Below, in pieces: positions 1 through 8,962 of a DNA stretch of 20,000 nt. The notes beneath the pieces are model-generated. The model saw only the letters and a list, made by a program, of their open reading frames with translations, had not been told where the DNA came from and did not search any database. Positions within the stretch are counted from its first letter, which is position 1. Each line of letters starts with the position of its first letter. Where the stretch lies: the sequence record SRR31156797_6573; one strand, 5' to 3'. A program made the position numbers and the translations under genes.

Positions 1-1258
1 TGTTTGCCTTTTGCTCTTCCTTTGCAGCTGAACTCTCTTCCGCTTGTGGCGCTTTAGGTTTTTTCGGTTTCTTTGGTTTTTTCGGTTTAATCGGACGCGT
101 ATTTAAAACAGACTCTGGCACTTTATTGGTCGGTGCAAAGCCTTGTAGTTCCATTCTTGGTAAGAGCTGTTGAATCAAACGTTCGATAGCAAACAGCTCT
201 GGAGCTTCAATTGCAGAGACCAGCGTGATTGCTTTGCCGACTTCACCCGCGCGGCCTGTTCGTCCGATACGGTGGACATAATCTTCAGCCACTTTTGGTA
301 GTTCAAAGTTCACCACTTGAGGCAATTGAGGAATATCGATACCGCGAGCGGCGATGTCAGTGGCAACCAATACGCGAACCGCGCCTGATTTAAAATCGGC
401 TAACGCTTTAGTTCTTGCGCTCTGGCTCTTGTTACCGTGAATTGGCGCGGCAGTAATACCTTGCTCATTTAAGAACGCCGATAGCTTATTTGCTCCGTGT
501 TTGGTTTTACTAAAGACCAACACTTGCTGCCAGTCGCCATCTTTAATGAGCTTAACCAGCATTGGAGCTTTCTTTTTCACATCTGCAGGGTAGATACATT
601 GTTCTACAGTTCTGGCCGTCGAGTTTGCTGGGTTGACCGAAATCTCAACAGGGTTGTTGACCATGGTCTTTGCTAAAGCGCGGATTTCATCAGAGAAAGT
701 CGCTGAGAATAGTAGATTCTGACGTTTCTTAGGCAGTAACTCTAAGATCTTACGGATATCGCGAATGAAGCCCATATCCAGCATGCGGTCTGCTTCGTCC
801 AGTACCAGTACTTCTAGTTGATCAAACTTAACTGCGTTTTGGTTGTATAAATCGAGCAATCGGCCAGGAGTCGCAACTAACACGTCCGCACCTTTGCGCA
901 GTCGCAACATTTGAGGGTTGATTTTTACGCCACCAAATACCACCGCACTGGATAATCGCATATGGCGACTATAGGTAACGACGTTTTCTTCTACTTGTGC
1001 TGCAAGTTCGCGCGTTGGCGTTAGAACTAAAGCGCGGACCTGATTACCACGAACTTTAGGGCCTTGCGATAAACGCTCAAGAATAGGCAATGTAAAGCCT
1101 GCGGTTTTACCTGTTCCCGTTTGCGCTGCTGCCATAACATCTTTGCCTTCTAATACAGCAGGGATTGCTTGAAGCTGTATTGGTGATGGTGTGGAATATC
1201 CTTTTTCTTGGATAGCTTTCAGGATTGGAGCAGACAGACCTAACGAGGTAAAACCCAT
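1..1258 (-). CDS. rhlE: ATP-dependent DEAD-box RNA helicase, RhlE-like (3' end runs off the window)
   Basis: Not in the ORF track. Manual translation from ATG at 1258 gives [28 protein letters not shown] (Q motif), AQTGTGKT (motif I), PTRELA (Ia), [11 protein letters not shown] (II), SAT (III), ARGID (V), [10 protein letters not shown] (VI) and a basic [12 protein letters not shown] tail. Confidence 0.93.
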   Translation of the reverse strand, partial: MGFTSLGLSAPILKAIQEKGYSTPSPIQLQAIPAVLEGKDVMAAAQTGTGKTAGFTLPILERLSQGPKVRGNQVRALVLTPTRELAAQVEENVVTYSRHMRLSSAVVFGGVKINPQMLRLRKGADVLVATPGRLLDLYNQNAVKFDQLEVLVLDEADRMLDMGFIRDIRKILELLPKKRQNLLFSATFSDEIRALAKTMVNNPVEISVNPANSTARTVEQCIYPADVKKKAPMLVKLIKDGDWQQVLVFSKTKHGANKLSAFLNEQGITAAPIHGNKSQSARTKALADFKSGAVRVLVATDIAARGIDIPQLPQVVNFELPKVAEDYVHRIGRTGRAGEVGKAITLVSAIEAPELFAIERLIQQLLPRMELQGFAPTNKVPESVLNTRPIKPKKPKKPKKPKAPQAEESSAAKEEQKAN

Positions 1259-1329
1259 ATGTGATTCTCAGTTGTTAACGTATAAGAGCAACACCTTTCG
1301 GATACGAATTGGTGTGCGAAAAGTGCGAC

Positions 1330-1358
1330 ATTCTGAGGCTTTCAACCCTTCCTAGCAA
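1330..1358 (-). promoter_or_regulatory. putative sigma70 promoter of the helicase
   Basis: Minus strand TTGCTA-17 nt-CAGAAT, about 70 nt upstream of the ATG. Confidence 0.4.
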
Positions 1359-1503
1359 CTTATTATTTGCTTTTGTGGCATTTTAGTTAATTAAGTTTGC
1401 ATATGATTGGTTATGTTTTGGGGTTAAATATTGCCCTTATCTATTGATCTAATTTAAAACTATGGCAAGTTAGTTAAACAATACACTAAACGTATTAGAT
1501 TGG

Positions 1504-2457
1504 ATGGACGAGCTCATAAAAAGAATTAGGCAGTTAGAGGATCAAGTTGAGCAGCTAACTCGCGAAAATCGACGCTTAGAAGAGAAATTAAATGTTGCCT
1601 TAGACGGAAATGGGCTCTGTCTTTGGGAGCAACATTTGCCTACCGGAAAACTCACAATATTCAATATGGAGTGGGGCAAGATGCTCGGGTTCCAGCCTCA
1701 TGAGCTTGAGGCGACGGTTGATATTTGGAAAAGTCGTTTACACCCAGAAGATTATGATTTGGCAGTAGGGGCGTTTGAAGACCATATCAACGGCAAAGTG
1801 GATACTTATCAGGTTGTCCATCGAATGATTCATAATGATGGCAGCAGTAGTTGGGTCTCTGACCGTGGTCGTATCGTAGAGTACGATGAAGATGGTAAAC
1901 CACTGCGTATGATGGGAACACATATCGATATCACCAACGAAAAACGTTATGAAATGGAGCTCGCTAAACTTGCAACGCTCGATCCATTAACGAATTTACT
2001 CAATCGAAAAGTATTGGTAGAAAAGTGCGATGAGCTGTTTACGAACACGGAACAATCATCGGCTTGTTTGGTTTTTATTGATCTTGATAATTTTAAAACC
2101 GTGAATGATCACCTCGGCCACAAAGCGGGTGATTCGGTGCTTATGAAAGTGGCGGATTGGCTTAGACAGTATGCGCCCAATGATTCTATTATTGCCCGTT
2201 TAGGCGGCGATGAATTTGTTTTGTTGTGTCTTGAGCAAAGCCAGCAAGAGATTACTGCGTTCATCGATAAGGTGTTATCTGAGGTCAGTGAGCCAATGAG
2301 GTTGGATAATGGTTTAGCTGAAATCGGGCTCAGTATTGGGGTATGCGAATTTAACGCGGCGAATTATCATTTTGAGACACTCTACGAGTTGGCGGACAGA
2401 GCCATGTATCAGGTCAAACGCAGTGGCAAAAATGGGGTGAAATTTGTCACTGCATAA
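1504..2457 (+). CDS. cytoplasmic diguanylate cyclase (coiled coil + PAS_3 + GGDEF)
   Basis: N-terminal heptad coiled coil; PAS-like segment WKSRLHPED...WVSDRG...GTHIDIT; DPLTNLLNR, FIDLDNFKTVNDHLGHKAGD, RLGGDEF and ADRAMYQVK motifs. Confidence 0.93.
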   Translation: MDELIKRIRQLEDQVEQLTRENRRLEEKLNVALDGNGLCLWEQHLPTGKLTIFNMEWGKMLGFQPHELEATVDIWKSRLHPEDYDLAVGAFEDHINGKVDTYQVVHRMIHNDGSSSWVSDRGRIVEYDEDGKPLRMMGTHIDITNEKRYEMELAKLATLDPLTNLLNRKVLVEKCDELFTNTEQSSACLVFIDLDNFKTVNDHLGHKAGDSVLMKVADWLRQYAPNDSIIARLGGDEFVLLCLEQSQQEITAFIDKVLSEVSEPMRLDNGLAEIGLSIGVCEFNAANYHFETLYELADRAMYQVKRSGKNGVKFVTA

Positions 2458-2463
2458 TCCAGC

Positions 2464-3438
2464 TTAATTTGCTTGACTGCTCTTATTCTGGTTTGGAAAA
2501 AACTCTGGCCAGTACATTCTCACGTAGCCAGCCGAAACCCAAACAACCAGCAGAGTTGCGATTGTGAGTTCCAAAAATCCAAAATTATGCAGCCAGTGCC
2601 AGTGAGGATGTTCTTCAGCAAAGAAACTGGTCAGCCTGTGCATCGCAATCGCACTGATAACCGAAGGGAAGGTAACAGCTGCAATAGAGGGTTGAAATCT
2701 CAGCCGTAGCAGACGGATATAGCAAAGGTAGATCAACAGTGTCATGGTGATCGCAGTTCCCGCTAATGCACCTGTCAGTATCGGATCTGGAGTGGGAAAG
2801 TTCACCAAATAAGTCGCAAGAGTTAAGTTAATTGGCGCTGCCATGATGGCAAGAGTGGGTCTTGACCGGCGTGGAAGCGTGCCAAAAAACACCAGCCGAT
2901 ATAATACGACCGGTAACATGATGAAATAGATGGCTACGCACACCTGCACTAAGGTTTCAGAAAACAAGTTGTGGCCAAATTGAGTACCAGCCAAAGAGCT
3001 ACTAATCACACCAACGGGATACAGAAACCAACTGGGCACAATACTCGCCATTTTAAAGTTTGTGAGTTGAAAGCTGAAGAACAGAACCATCATGGTTAGG
3101 TGTAAGAGTAACGATAATGCCCACAGAGGGTAGGCGATAAATGGGGAGATAATCGCTAAATAGTCACAAAGGATTAAAAGCGCCATACTCATTGGCGCCA
3201 TTAAGCTTCCTGAGAGCGGGTGACGGATATCCGCCATAAACGTTTTATAACTGGTGAGGTAACGAGCCAGAACGGGGATAAGAAGGATTGCGCCCGCCGC
3301 TGCAAGATAAGGACGAATAGCTTCCCCAATTATTGGAAAATATAGGGCCCATGCCTGGCCTAAGCCAATCATACCGAGAGCAAGGGCTGCTTGAGAGGGT
3401 GGGACGCTTTGTACTTGAAGAAACCTTTTCCAGTTCAA
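2464..3438 (-). CDS. TDT (tellurite-resistance/dicarboxylate transporter, TehA/SLAC1) family membrane protein
   Basis: About 10 hydrophobic segments with motifs HPLSGS, PSWFLYPVG, LAIMAAP and AAVTFP. TTG start preceded by GGAG. Confidence 0.85.
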   Translation of the reverse strand: MNWKRFLQVQSVPPSQAALALGMIGLGQAWALYFPIIGEAIRPYLAAAGAILLIPVLARYLTSYKTFMADIRHPLSGSLMAPMSMALLILCDYLAIISPFIAYPLWALSLLLHLTMMVLFFSFQLTNFKMASIVPSWFLYPVGVISSSLAGTQFGHNLFSETLVQVCVAIYFIMLPVVLYRLVFFGTLPRRSRPTLAIMAAPINLTLATYLVNFPTPDPILTGALAGTAITMTLLIYLCYIRLLRLRFQPSIAAVTFPSVISAIAMHRLTSFFAEEHPHWHWLHNFGFLELTIATLLVVWVSAGYVRMYWPEFFPNQNKSSQAN

Positions 3439-3531
3439 CGATGACTCCGTATCACGACGTTAAACAGTGGTAAAAGGGAGCGAAAGTTGCCATTTAATCT
3501 GACATCGAGACCACTGTCTTAATGGCTGGCG

Positions 3532-3575
3532 ATATTAACAAGTTTCCCGAACAGATGTATGAAAATATTCGTACA
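3532..3575 (-). promoter_or_regulatory. putative extended -10 promoter plus inverted-repeat operator for the TDT gene
   Basis: Minus strand TG-T-TAATAT at 3540-3532. Imperfect palindrome TGTATGAA-AATA-TTCGTACA at 3556-3575 overlaps the expected -35. Confidence 0.35.
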
Positions 3576-3601
3576 GTTGTCACAAATTACACAGCAAGTC
3601 G

Positions 3602-4999
3602 TTACTCTTGCTGTGGTAGATCTTGTTGTTGTAACTTGGCGTTTTTCAGCGTTCGGTTCAGTAATTGGCTGTAAATTGGTTTTCCACCGAGTAACTGAGC
3701 AAAAATTACGGCCCCAAGGCAGGTGATGATCAACGGCAAAATTAAGTTGTAGTTATTGGTCATTTCTATCACCAATAAAATACCGGTAATCGGTGCTCGA
3801 ACAGTAGCAGCAAACAGTGCCCCCATACCTGCGATGGCAAACATGCCTGGTTCGATTTCTAGTTCAGGGAAAAGATTTTTCATTGTTAAGCCAAACGCAT
3901 AACCAAATAGTGTTCCTAGCGCTAGCATTGGCGCAAAAATACCACCAGGAGCACCTGAACCGAAACAAACAATCGTTGTGAAAATACGACCGATGAACAA
4001 CAGCAGTAATAGCGCTGCGCCATAGCTGCCATTGGTGATATCTGGAATGAGGTTGATCCCCCCACCAGTAAGTTGTGGAACGTACAACAGCGTTAATCCA
4101 AAACAGCCACCGAGTAATGAACCGGTAATTAAATAACGTTTACGCTGGTTTTTATGGATTCGCACAAATACATCTTGCGATAAGGTAATCAGGCGATTGA
4201 AAACCACGCCAAAGATACCAAACAAAACACCAAGCAATAGAAAAAGCCCTAAAGCAACAATTTCAGGTGCTTCATAAGTTGGCATAGTAATAACGGCTTC
4301 TTGACCGTTAATGAGACGAAAAACAATGTTCGCTGAGACAGCAGAGATGATGACTGCTTTAATGGAAATTAATGAGTAGCGGAATTGAGGACGCATCTCT
4401 TCAACAACAAACATGATGCCTGCCAGAGGAGCATTGAATGCAGCCGCTAAACCGCCGGCAGCCCCTGAAGCGAGTAGAGAGTGTCTTGAGTCGTCGTTTT
4501 TCAGTCGAAATACATCAGAAATCATACGACCAATAGCACCACCCATTTGTACCGTTGGTCCTTCACGCCCAAGAACCATACCCGAACCTAACGCCCCCAT
4601 ACCACCAAAGAATTTAACAGGTAATACACGCCACCATCGTACTGGGCGTATGCCATCCATTGCCCCTTCAATTTCTGGAATACCAGAACCGGCAGCTTCA
4701 GGAGCGAAACGGTGAACAAGAAAATAACCGATAAAGGCAAGGCCAGCACTAATCAGGAAAGCCGCAAGCCATAATGGCAATACATTACCAATTTCGCTTT
4801 TTAACCACTCTGTTCGGGTTTCTGAAACTAAATGTACAGCTTTTTCAAAATAAGTCCCTGCAATCCCAGCTAGAATGCCAACTATAAGGGATAGAAAAAG
4901 CACTGAAATGGGCGTTTTATCCAAAGAGAGAAACTGGTTAATAGCATCTTTTGGTACTTTAGCTAATAAACTTTTCTTTAACTTCTCTTTTGGGGACAT
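3602..4999 (-). CDS. clcA: H+/Cl- exchange transporter ClcA
   Basis: ClC signatures GSGIPE, GREGPTVQ (gating Glu), VEEMRPQF (proton Glu), GGIFAP and KPIY. Confidence 0.96.
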   Translation of the reverse strand: MSPKEKLKKSLLAKVPKDAINQFLSLDKTPISVLFLSLIVGILAGIAGTYFEKAVHLVSETRTEWLKSEIGNVLPLWLAAFLISAGLAFIGYFLVHRFAPEAAGSGIPEIEGAMDGIRPVRWWRVLPVKFFGGMGALGSGMVLGREGPTVQMGGAIGRMISDVFRLKNDDSRHSLLASGAAGGLAAAFNAPLAGIMFVVEEMRPQFRYSLISIKAVIISAVSANIVFRLINGQEAVITMPTYEAPEIVALGLFLLLGVLFGIFGVVFNRLITLSQDVFVRIHKNQRKRYLITGSLLGGCFGLTLLYVPQLTGGGINLIPDITNGSYGAALLLLLFIGRIFTTIVCFGSGAPGGIFAPMLALGTLFGYAFGLTMKNLFPELEIEPGMFAIAGMGALFAATVRAPITGILLVIEMTNNYNLILPLIITCLGAVIFAQLLGGKPIYSQLLNRTLKNAKLQQQDLPQQE

Positions 5000-5038
5000 T
5001 TAAAAGGGCCTCATTTTTGGCATGCTAGGGAGATGACG

Positions 5039-5093
5039 ATTATACGCGCCACATAGCTCAACTATAGTTGTAAAGTTGCAAATTAGAATTGCA
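5039..5093 (-). promoter_or_regulatory. clcA promoter region: TATAAT -10 and LysR (AphB-type) dyad
   Basis: Minus strand TATAAT at 5044-5039; perfect palindrome CAACTATAGTTG at 5059-5070; perfect TGCAA-N7-TTGCA at 5077-5093. Confidence 0.6.
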
Positions 5094-5253
5094 GATATGA
5101 TTTTCGTGTTGTTCGTATAGGAGACAATGCCGTTGTCATAAAAGTGATCTAGGTAAAAATTTAACCAATATTATTACTAGCAAAACTTGTATTTCTCTGG
5201 GATTGGACCATATTTAAAGGGTAAGGCATTTATCGAAATTTCTTACGGAGGAT

Positions 5254-5373
5254 GTGAAAGGCCTTACAGACAATTTGGAAGGAATCAAACAACATTCTAC
5301 TCGATTTGCCTCGTATTTGATTCTGATTCGCCTAGCTACAGGTGATAGAATCCGCAAACTCACGATTGAGTAA
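5254..5373 (+). CDS. putative 39-aa small protein (MKGLTDNLEGIKQHSTRFASYLILIRLATGDRIRKLTIE)
   Basis: GTG start just after ACGGAGGAT (SD-like, short spacing), open to TAA at 5371-5373, and followed immediately by a terminator hairpin. Below the ORF-track length cut-off. Confidence 0.4.
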   Translation: MKGLTDNLEGIKQHSTRFASYLILIRLATGDRIRKLTIE

Positions 5374-5381
5374 CGAGGAAT

Positions 5382-5410
5382 AAGGCGCGCTCATGCAGTG
5401 CGCCTTTATA
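5382..5410 (+). terminator. putative intrinsic terminator
   Basis: AAGGCGCGC-TCATGCA-GTGCGCCTT 9-bp stem (one G-U pair) with a short T-rich tail. Confidence 0.6.
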
Positions 5411-5567
5411 CATTCTGATGTTCCTATTTTTATCCGCTTACTCTTTCTTTTCCGCTATTAAAGTCGTATCAACATTCCGTCTAAACATCTGCTCATAGTT
5501 TATCGATTGCGAGTATGTAGCAAGCAGTGTGGCTCCTAGGTATACTCCTTGGAAAAGGAGTAGCACT

Positions 5568-6554
5568 ATGACAAATAAAGTCCCAACCAATATTATTACT
5601 GGTTTTCTTGGCGTAGGGAAAACCACAACGATATTGAATCTATTAAAGAATAAGCCAGAAAATGAAAAATGGGCTGTTCTGGTTAATGAATTTGGTGAAA
5701 TTGGTATTGATGGGGCAATGATGTCTGATCAAGGTGCTTTGATTAAAGAAGTACCGGGTGGATGTATGTGTTGTACCGCTGGAGTACCTATGTCTGTGGG
5801 CATCAATGCCTTGTTACGTCAGAAGCCAGATCGCTTAATCATCGAACCGACAGGTCTTGGACATCCTAAGCAGGTTATTGCAACGTTAACTTCTGAACAA
5901 TACATACCCTACGTGAACCTAAAAGCGACGGTTGGCTTAGTTGATCCACGCAATCTGAGCAATGAGAAGTATACTAGCAACCAAAACTTCAATGATCAGT
6001 TAGGTGTTGCAGATGTCATCATTGGTAATAAGATTGATGAGTGCACCTCACACGACATTGATGTATTCAATGACTGGGTTACCGATCAAACGCCTGCGAA
6101 GGTGTTCCACAAGTTGGTGACACAAGGGCTGCTACCAATCGAAGTCTTGGACATTGAACGAGTTCATGGTGGTGCCTCTTCGCATGTTGAATCACATCAT
6201 CACCATCATGCTGAGATGGAGCCGGAGTTCCAGCTTGATCCTAACCAAGCTTATGCTCGTAAAGAGAATAAAGGACAGGGCTACTTCAGTTGTGGTTGGT
6301 TGTTTGGTGCGGAACACAGTTTTGACTTTGATGAGCTGTTTTCGCTTATCAATGATCTCACTGCCGAGCGTATTAAAGCGGTGATTAATACCAGTAAAGG
6401 TTGTTACGCTTTCAATAAAGCCAATGGTGTGGTGTCAGTCAATGAGTTGAGTTTGGAAGGTTTTGAATCACGTTTAGAAGTGATCGATTCACAACTTATG
6501 CCTTGGGACCAACTTGAAGGTATCTTGCTTAAGCTAGCGGGAATTTCTCAGTAG
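5568..6554 (+). CDS. COG0523/CobW-family (G3E) metal-binding GTPase, YeiR-like putative Zn metallochaperone
   Basis: GFLGVGKTT Walker A, VNEFGEIGIDG, GCMCC (CxCC), IEPTG, NKID and a His-rich HVESHHHHH segment. ATG 5568 follows AAGGAG and is preferred over the GTG at 5529. Confidence 0.9.
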   Translation: MTNKVPTNIITGFLGVGKTTTILNLLKNKPENEKWAVLVNEFGEIGIDGAMMSDQGALIKEVPGGCMCCTAGVPMSVGINALLRQKPDRLIIEPTGLGHPKQVIATLTSEQYIPYVNLKATVGLVDPRNLSNEKYTSNQNFNDQLGVADVIIGNKIDECTSHDIDVFNDWVTDQTPAKVFHKLVTQGLLPIEVLDIERVHGGASSHVESHHHHHAEMEPEFQLDPNQAYARKENKGQGYFSCGWLFGAEHSFDFDELFSLINDLTAERIKAVINTSKGCYAFNKANGVVSVNELSLEGFESRLEVIDSQLMPWDQLEGILLKLAGISQ

Positions 6555-6575
6555 TGGCTGCTGAGGTTGGAACTG

Positions 6576-6607
6576 AAAAGGGCGACATGAGTCGCCCTTA
6601 GTTTTTT
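6576..6607. terminator. bidirectional intrinsic terminator between convergent genes
   Basis: AAGGGCGAC-ATGA-GTCGCCCTT perfect 9-bp stem, with an A-run on the left and a T-run on the right. Confidence 0.8.
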
Positions 6608-6620
6608 AAACAAGAAGATA

Positions 6621-7565
6621 TTAACGCTTGTTACGCAGGTAACGCTTACGACGTTCTTCTTTGTGTTTGGCTTTTTCTTCTGCTTTACGAGTTTCTTCGA
6701 TTTCGACATCAATCAGCTCTTGAGTAATCATTTCCGGGTGCTCAAGTGTGATTTGACCGATGATTCCTTGACGTAACTCGTGAAGAAGAATTTCGGAAGC
6801 TTTGTGCAGATCGACACGACCGCCAGCACGTAACGCGCCACGTTTGCGACCGATCTCTTCCATCCACTCTAAATCTGATTCTGGTGATTCTTCAATGTTG
6901 TAACGTGCTTTTAATAGCTCAGGATAGCGCTCAGCAAGATACTCAACCGTATAGAATGCCACTTCGTCGTATTCCATTGCTGTGTCTTTTATCGCCCCAG
7001 TTGCCGCTAATCGGAAACCGCTGTGTGGATTTTCCACTTTTGGCCACAAAATTCCAGGGGTGTCAGAAAGTACAATGCCGTTTTGCAGATTGATACGTTG
7101 CTGGCGGCGAGTCACCGCTGGCTGGTTACCCGTTTGTGCAATAGTACGACCGGCTAAGCAGTTGATAATGGTTGATTTACCAACATTTGGAATGCCCATG
7201 ATCATGGTGCGAATGTTCTTGCCAAGCGTTTCGCGATTCGGAGCCAGCTTGCGGCACAGTTCCATAATCTGCATCACTTCATTTTGGTTTGAAGTGGTAA
7301 TCGCCATCGCTTTCACACCTTGTTCTTTTTCTAGGTGCTCTATCCAAACCTGAGTCATTTCTGGGTCAGCTAAGTCACGCTTGTTCAGCACTTTGACACA
7401 AGGCTTTTCCTTACGAAGTTTGGAGATCAGAGGGTTTTCACTACTAAAAGGAATGCGAGCATCCAAGACTTCAATGATGACATCAACTTGAGGGATGACT
7501 TCTTCGATTTCCTTACGTGCTTTATGCATATGCCCAGGAAACCACTGAATTTTGTTGTTAACCAT
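6621..7565 (-). CDS. ylqF: ribosome biogenesis GTPase YlqF/RbgA (circularly permuted GTPase)
   Basis: IQWFPGHMHKA N-terminus, DARIP, NKRD (G4) preceding GIPNVGKS (G1), and DTPG (G3). Confidence 0.96.
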   Translation of the reverse strand: MVNNKIQWFPGHMHKARKEIEEVIPQVDVIIEVLDARIPFSSENPLISKLRKEKPCVKVLNKRDLADPEMTQVWIEHLEKEQGVKAMAITTSNQNEVMQIMELCRKLAPNRETLGKNIRTMIMGIPNVGKSTIINCLAGRTIAQTGNQPAVTRRQQRINLQNGIVLSDTPGILWPKVENPHSGFRLAATGAIKDTAMEYDEVAFYTVEYLAERYPELLKARYNIEESPESDLEWMEEIGRKRGALRAGGRVDLHKASEILLHELRQGIIGQITLEHPEMITQELIDVEIEETRKAEEKAKHKEERRKRYLRNKR

Positions 7566-7643
7566 TTGAATTTATTGCCTTAATATTCATCCAAATCTAC
7601 ACAATCCAAATTTAGATGATTATTGGTTAATTTAATGGCCGAC

Positions 7644-7672
7644 ATTGTACGCGAGATCGCTAGTTGTATCCA
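7644..7672 (-). promoter_or_regulatory. putative sigma70 promoter of ylqF with GC-rich discriminator
   Basis: Minus strand TGGATA-17 nt-TACAAT followed by GTCGGCC. Confidence 0.5.
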
Positions 7673-7707
7673 ATTTGTCAGTATTCCAGGGGGACTGATA
7701 GTTTGGA

Positions 7708-7733
7708 CCTTGGCTAACAGTTATTAACCAAGG
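7708..7733 (-). terminator. hairpin downstream of the FGE-domain gene (possible terminator or 3' stabiliser)
   Basis: Minus strand CCTTGGTTAA-TAACTG-TTAGCCAAGG forms a 10-bp stem with one U-G pair; the + strand would have a C-A mismatch there. No clear U-tract. Confidence 0.35.
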
Positions 7734-7806
7734 CAGGGTTATTGAAGGTTACGATCGACAAACGAAATTAGTTTGCCTTTAGGGGCATTTTTAATCGATT
7801 TCTAGC

Positions 7807-8595
7807 CTACTCAGCATCTTTAGCTAGTCGGAAACCAAGATCTGCCATCACGACGGATTGGCTGACACTATCGCGACGGAAATTTTCGGATTCGTCCGCG
7901 CCAAAAGAGTAGCTTCCTCCGCGTACTGCTTTTTGAGCTAGCGTTGCCTTTTCATCTTTGGCGTTGACAGGGTTTTCTTTCGGGCTGTGGGAATAGTAGT
8001 TTTCGTCAAAGGCGTCGATGACGTACTCGCCGACGTTGCCTGTCATGTCATAAAGCCCGAGTTCATTGGGTTGTTTGAGACCAACGGGGTGCGCTTTATT
8101 ATTTGCGTTGCTTGCGTACCACGCGACATCATCAATGTTGTTTGAGCCGGCGTAAGTGTATTGATTGCTTTTGACGCCGCCTTTCGCTGCAAACTCCCAT
8201 TCAGCTTCCGTTGGTAGACGGTAATGCTCGCCCGTTATTTGATTCAGTTTTTTGATGAACAAGTTAACTTGTTTCCAACTGATGTTGTTAACTGGAACTT
8301 TGGGATCAGGGAAATAACTTGGTGAGTAGCCTGTGACTGATTCAAACAGCTCTTGGGTCATTTCAAACTTGGCTAAATAAAAGCTGTTTACTTTCACTGT
8401 GTGGGCCGGTTTTTCATGACTTTTTGCGGATGGGCTGTCTGAACCCATCGAGTATTGCCCCCCTTCAATGAGTATCATGTCTTTTGCAATAGCCTGAGTA
8501 ATTTGTTCAGTGTCGGCAACCGCGATACCGCTACACAGAAGAGTAACTATAGATACAGAAAGTGACGAAATGGACTTACTTGATAAGCGTTTCAT
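7807..8595 (-). CDS. secreted formylglycine-generating enzyme (FGE-sulfatase/SUMF1) domain protein
   Basis: Signal peptide (…SGIAVA-D), GGQYSMGS, EKPAHTV, YRLPTEAEWEFAAKGG, PNELGLYDMTGNV, RGGS and LGFRL motifs. Confidence 0.9.
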   Translation of the reverse strand: MKRLSSKSISSLSVSIVTLLCSGIAVADTEQITQAIAKDMILIEGGQYSMGSDSPSAKSHEKPAHTVKVNSFYLAKFEMTQELFESVTGYSPSYFPDPKVPVNNISWKQVNLFIKKLNQITGEHYRLPTEAEWEFAAKGGVKSNQYTYAGSNNIDDVAWYASNANNKAHPVGLKQPNELGLYDMTGNVGEYVIDAFDENYYSHSPKENPVNAKDEKATLAQKAVRGGSYSFGADESENFRRDSVSQSVVMADLGFRLAKDAE

Positions 8596-8962
8596 TGAAC
8601 AACTCCAGCAAAATCGTTGGGTGAGAGTTTACGACAAAATTCAGATACGAGGTTACAAGTTGAAAAGAGGCTCAGTTTGCAAACAAGAGTTCGAATTATA
8701 TTAGGTACTCTAAAGTCTGATATCAACAGAAAGTAAAATGTTTGGTTGCAAGCAACACCATGATTTTAATAATTAATATTCTGTTGGTGAATGATATTCT
8801 ACAGTTTTAATACATTTAACTAGCTCAATCTTTGCGGTGGTTAAATTGCACACCTTAAACGTATAGTCTAATCTGATTCCACTTCAGGTTTTTTAAATTT
8901 TTATTTTAATGCTTTGATAACTATTAATTTCTCTATCAAACAGTGACGAAGGGATTTCAGCT

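Noticed and set aside
55-92. 9-nt tandem repeat
   Set aside because: It encodes the KPK-repeat basic tail usual in DEAD-box helicases and is not a separate repeat element.
5411-5567. Zur box or cobalamin riboswitch upstream of the COG0523 gene
   Set aside because: No recognisable Zur inverted repeat or B12-box sequence was found by eye.
7807-7930. FGE/CLec C-terminus as a diversity-generating retroelement target
   Set aside because: I saw no template repeat differing at adenines and no reverse transcriptase in the window.
8596-8962. Mobile-element boundary (att site, IS or integrase) at the start of the accessory block
   Set aside because: The gap is AT-rich, but no tRNA, direct repeats, terminal inverted repeats or recombinase were seen. 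No CRISPR array, rRNA or tRNA was recognised anywhere in the window.
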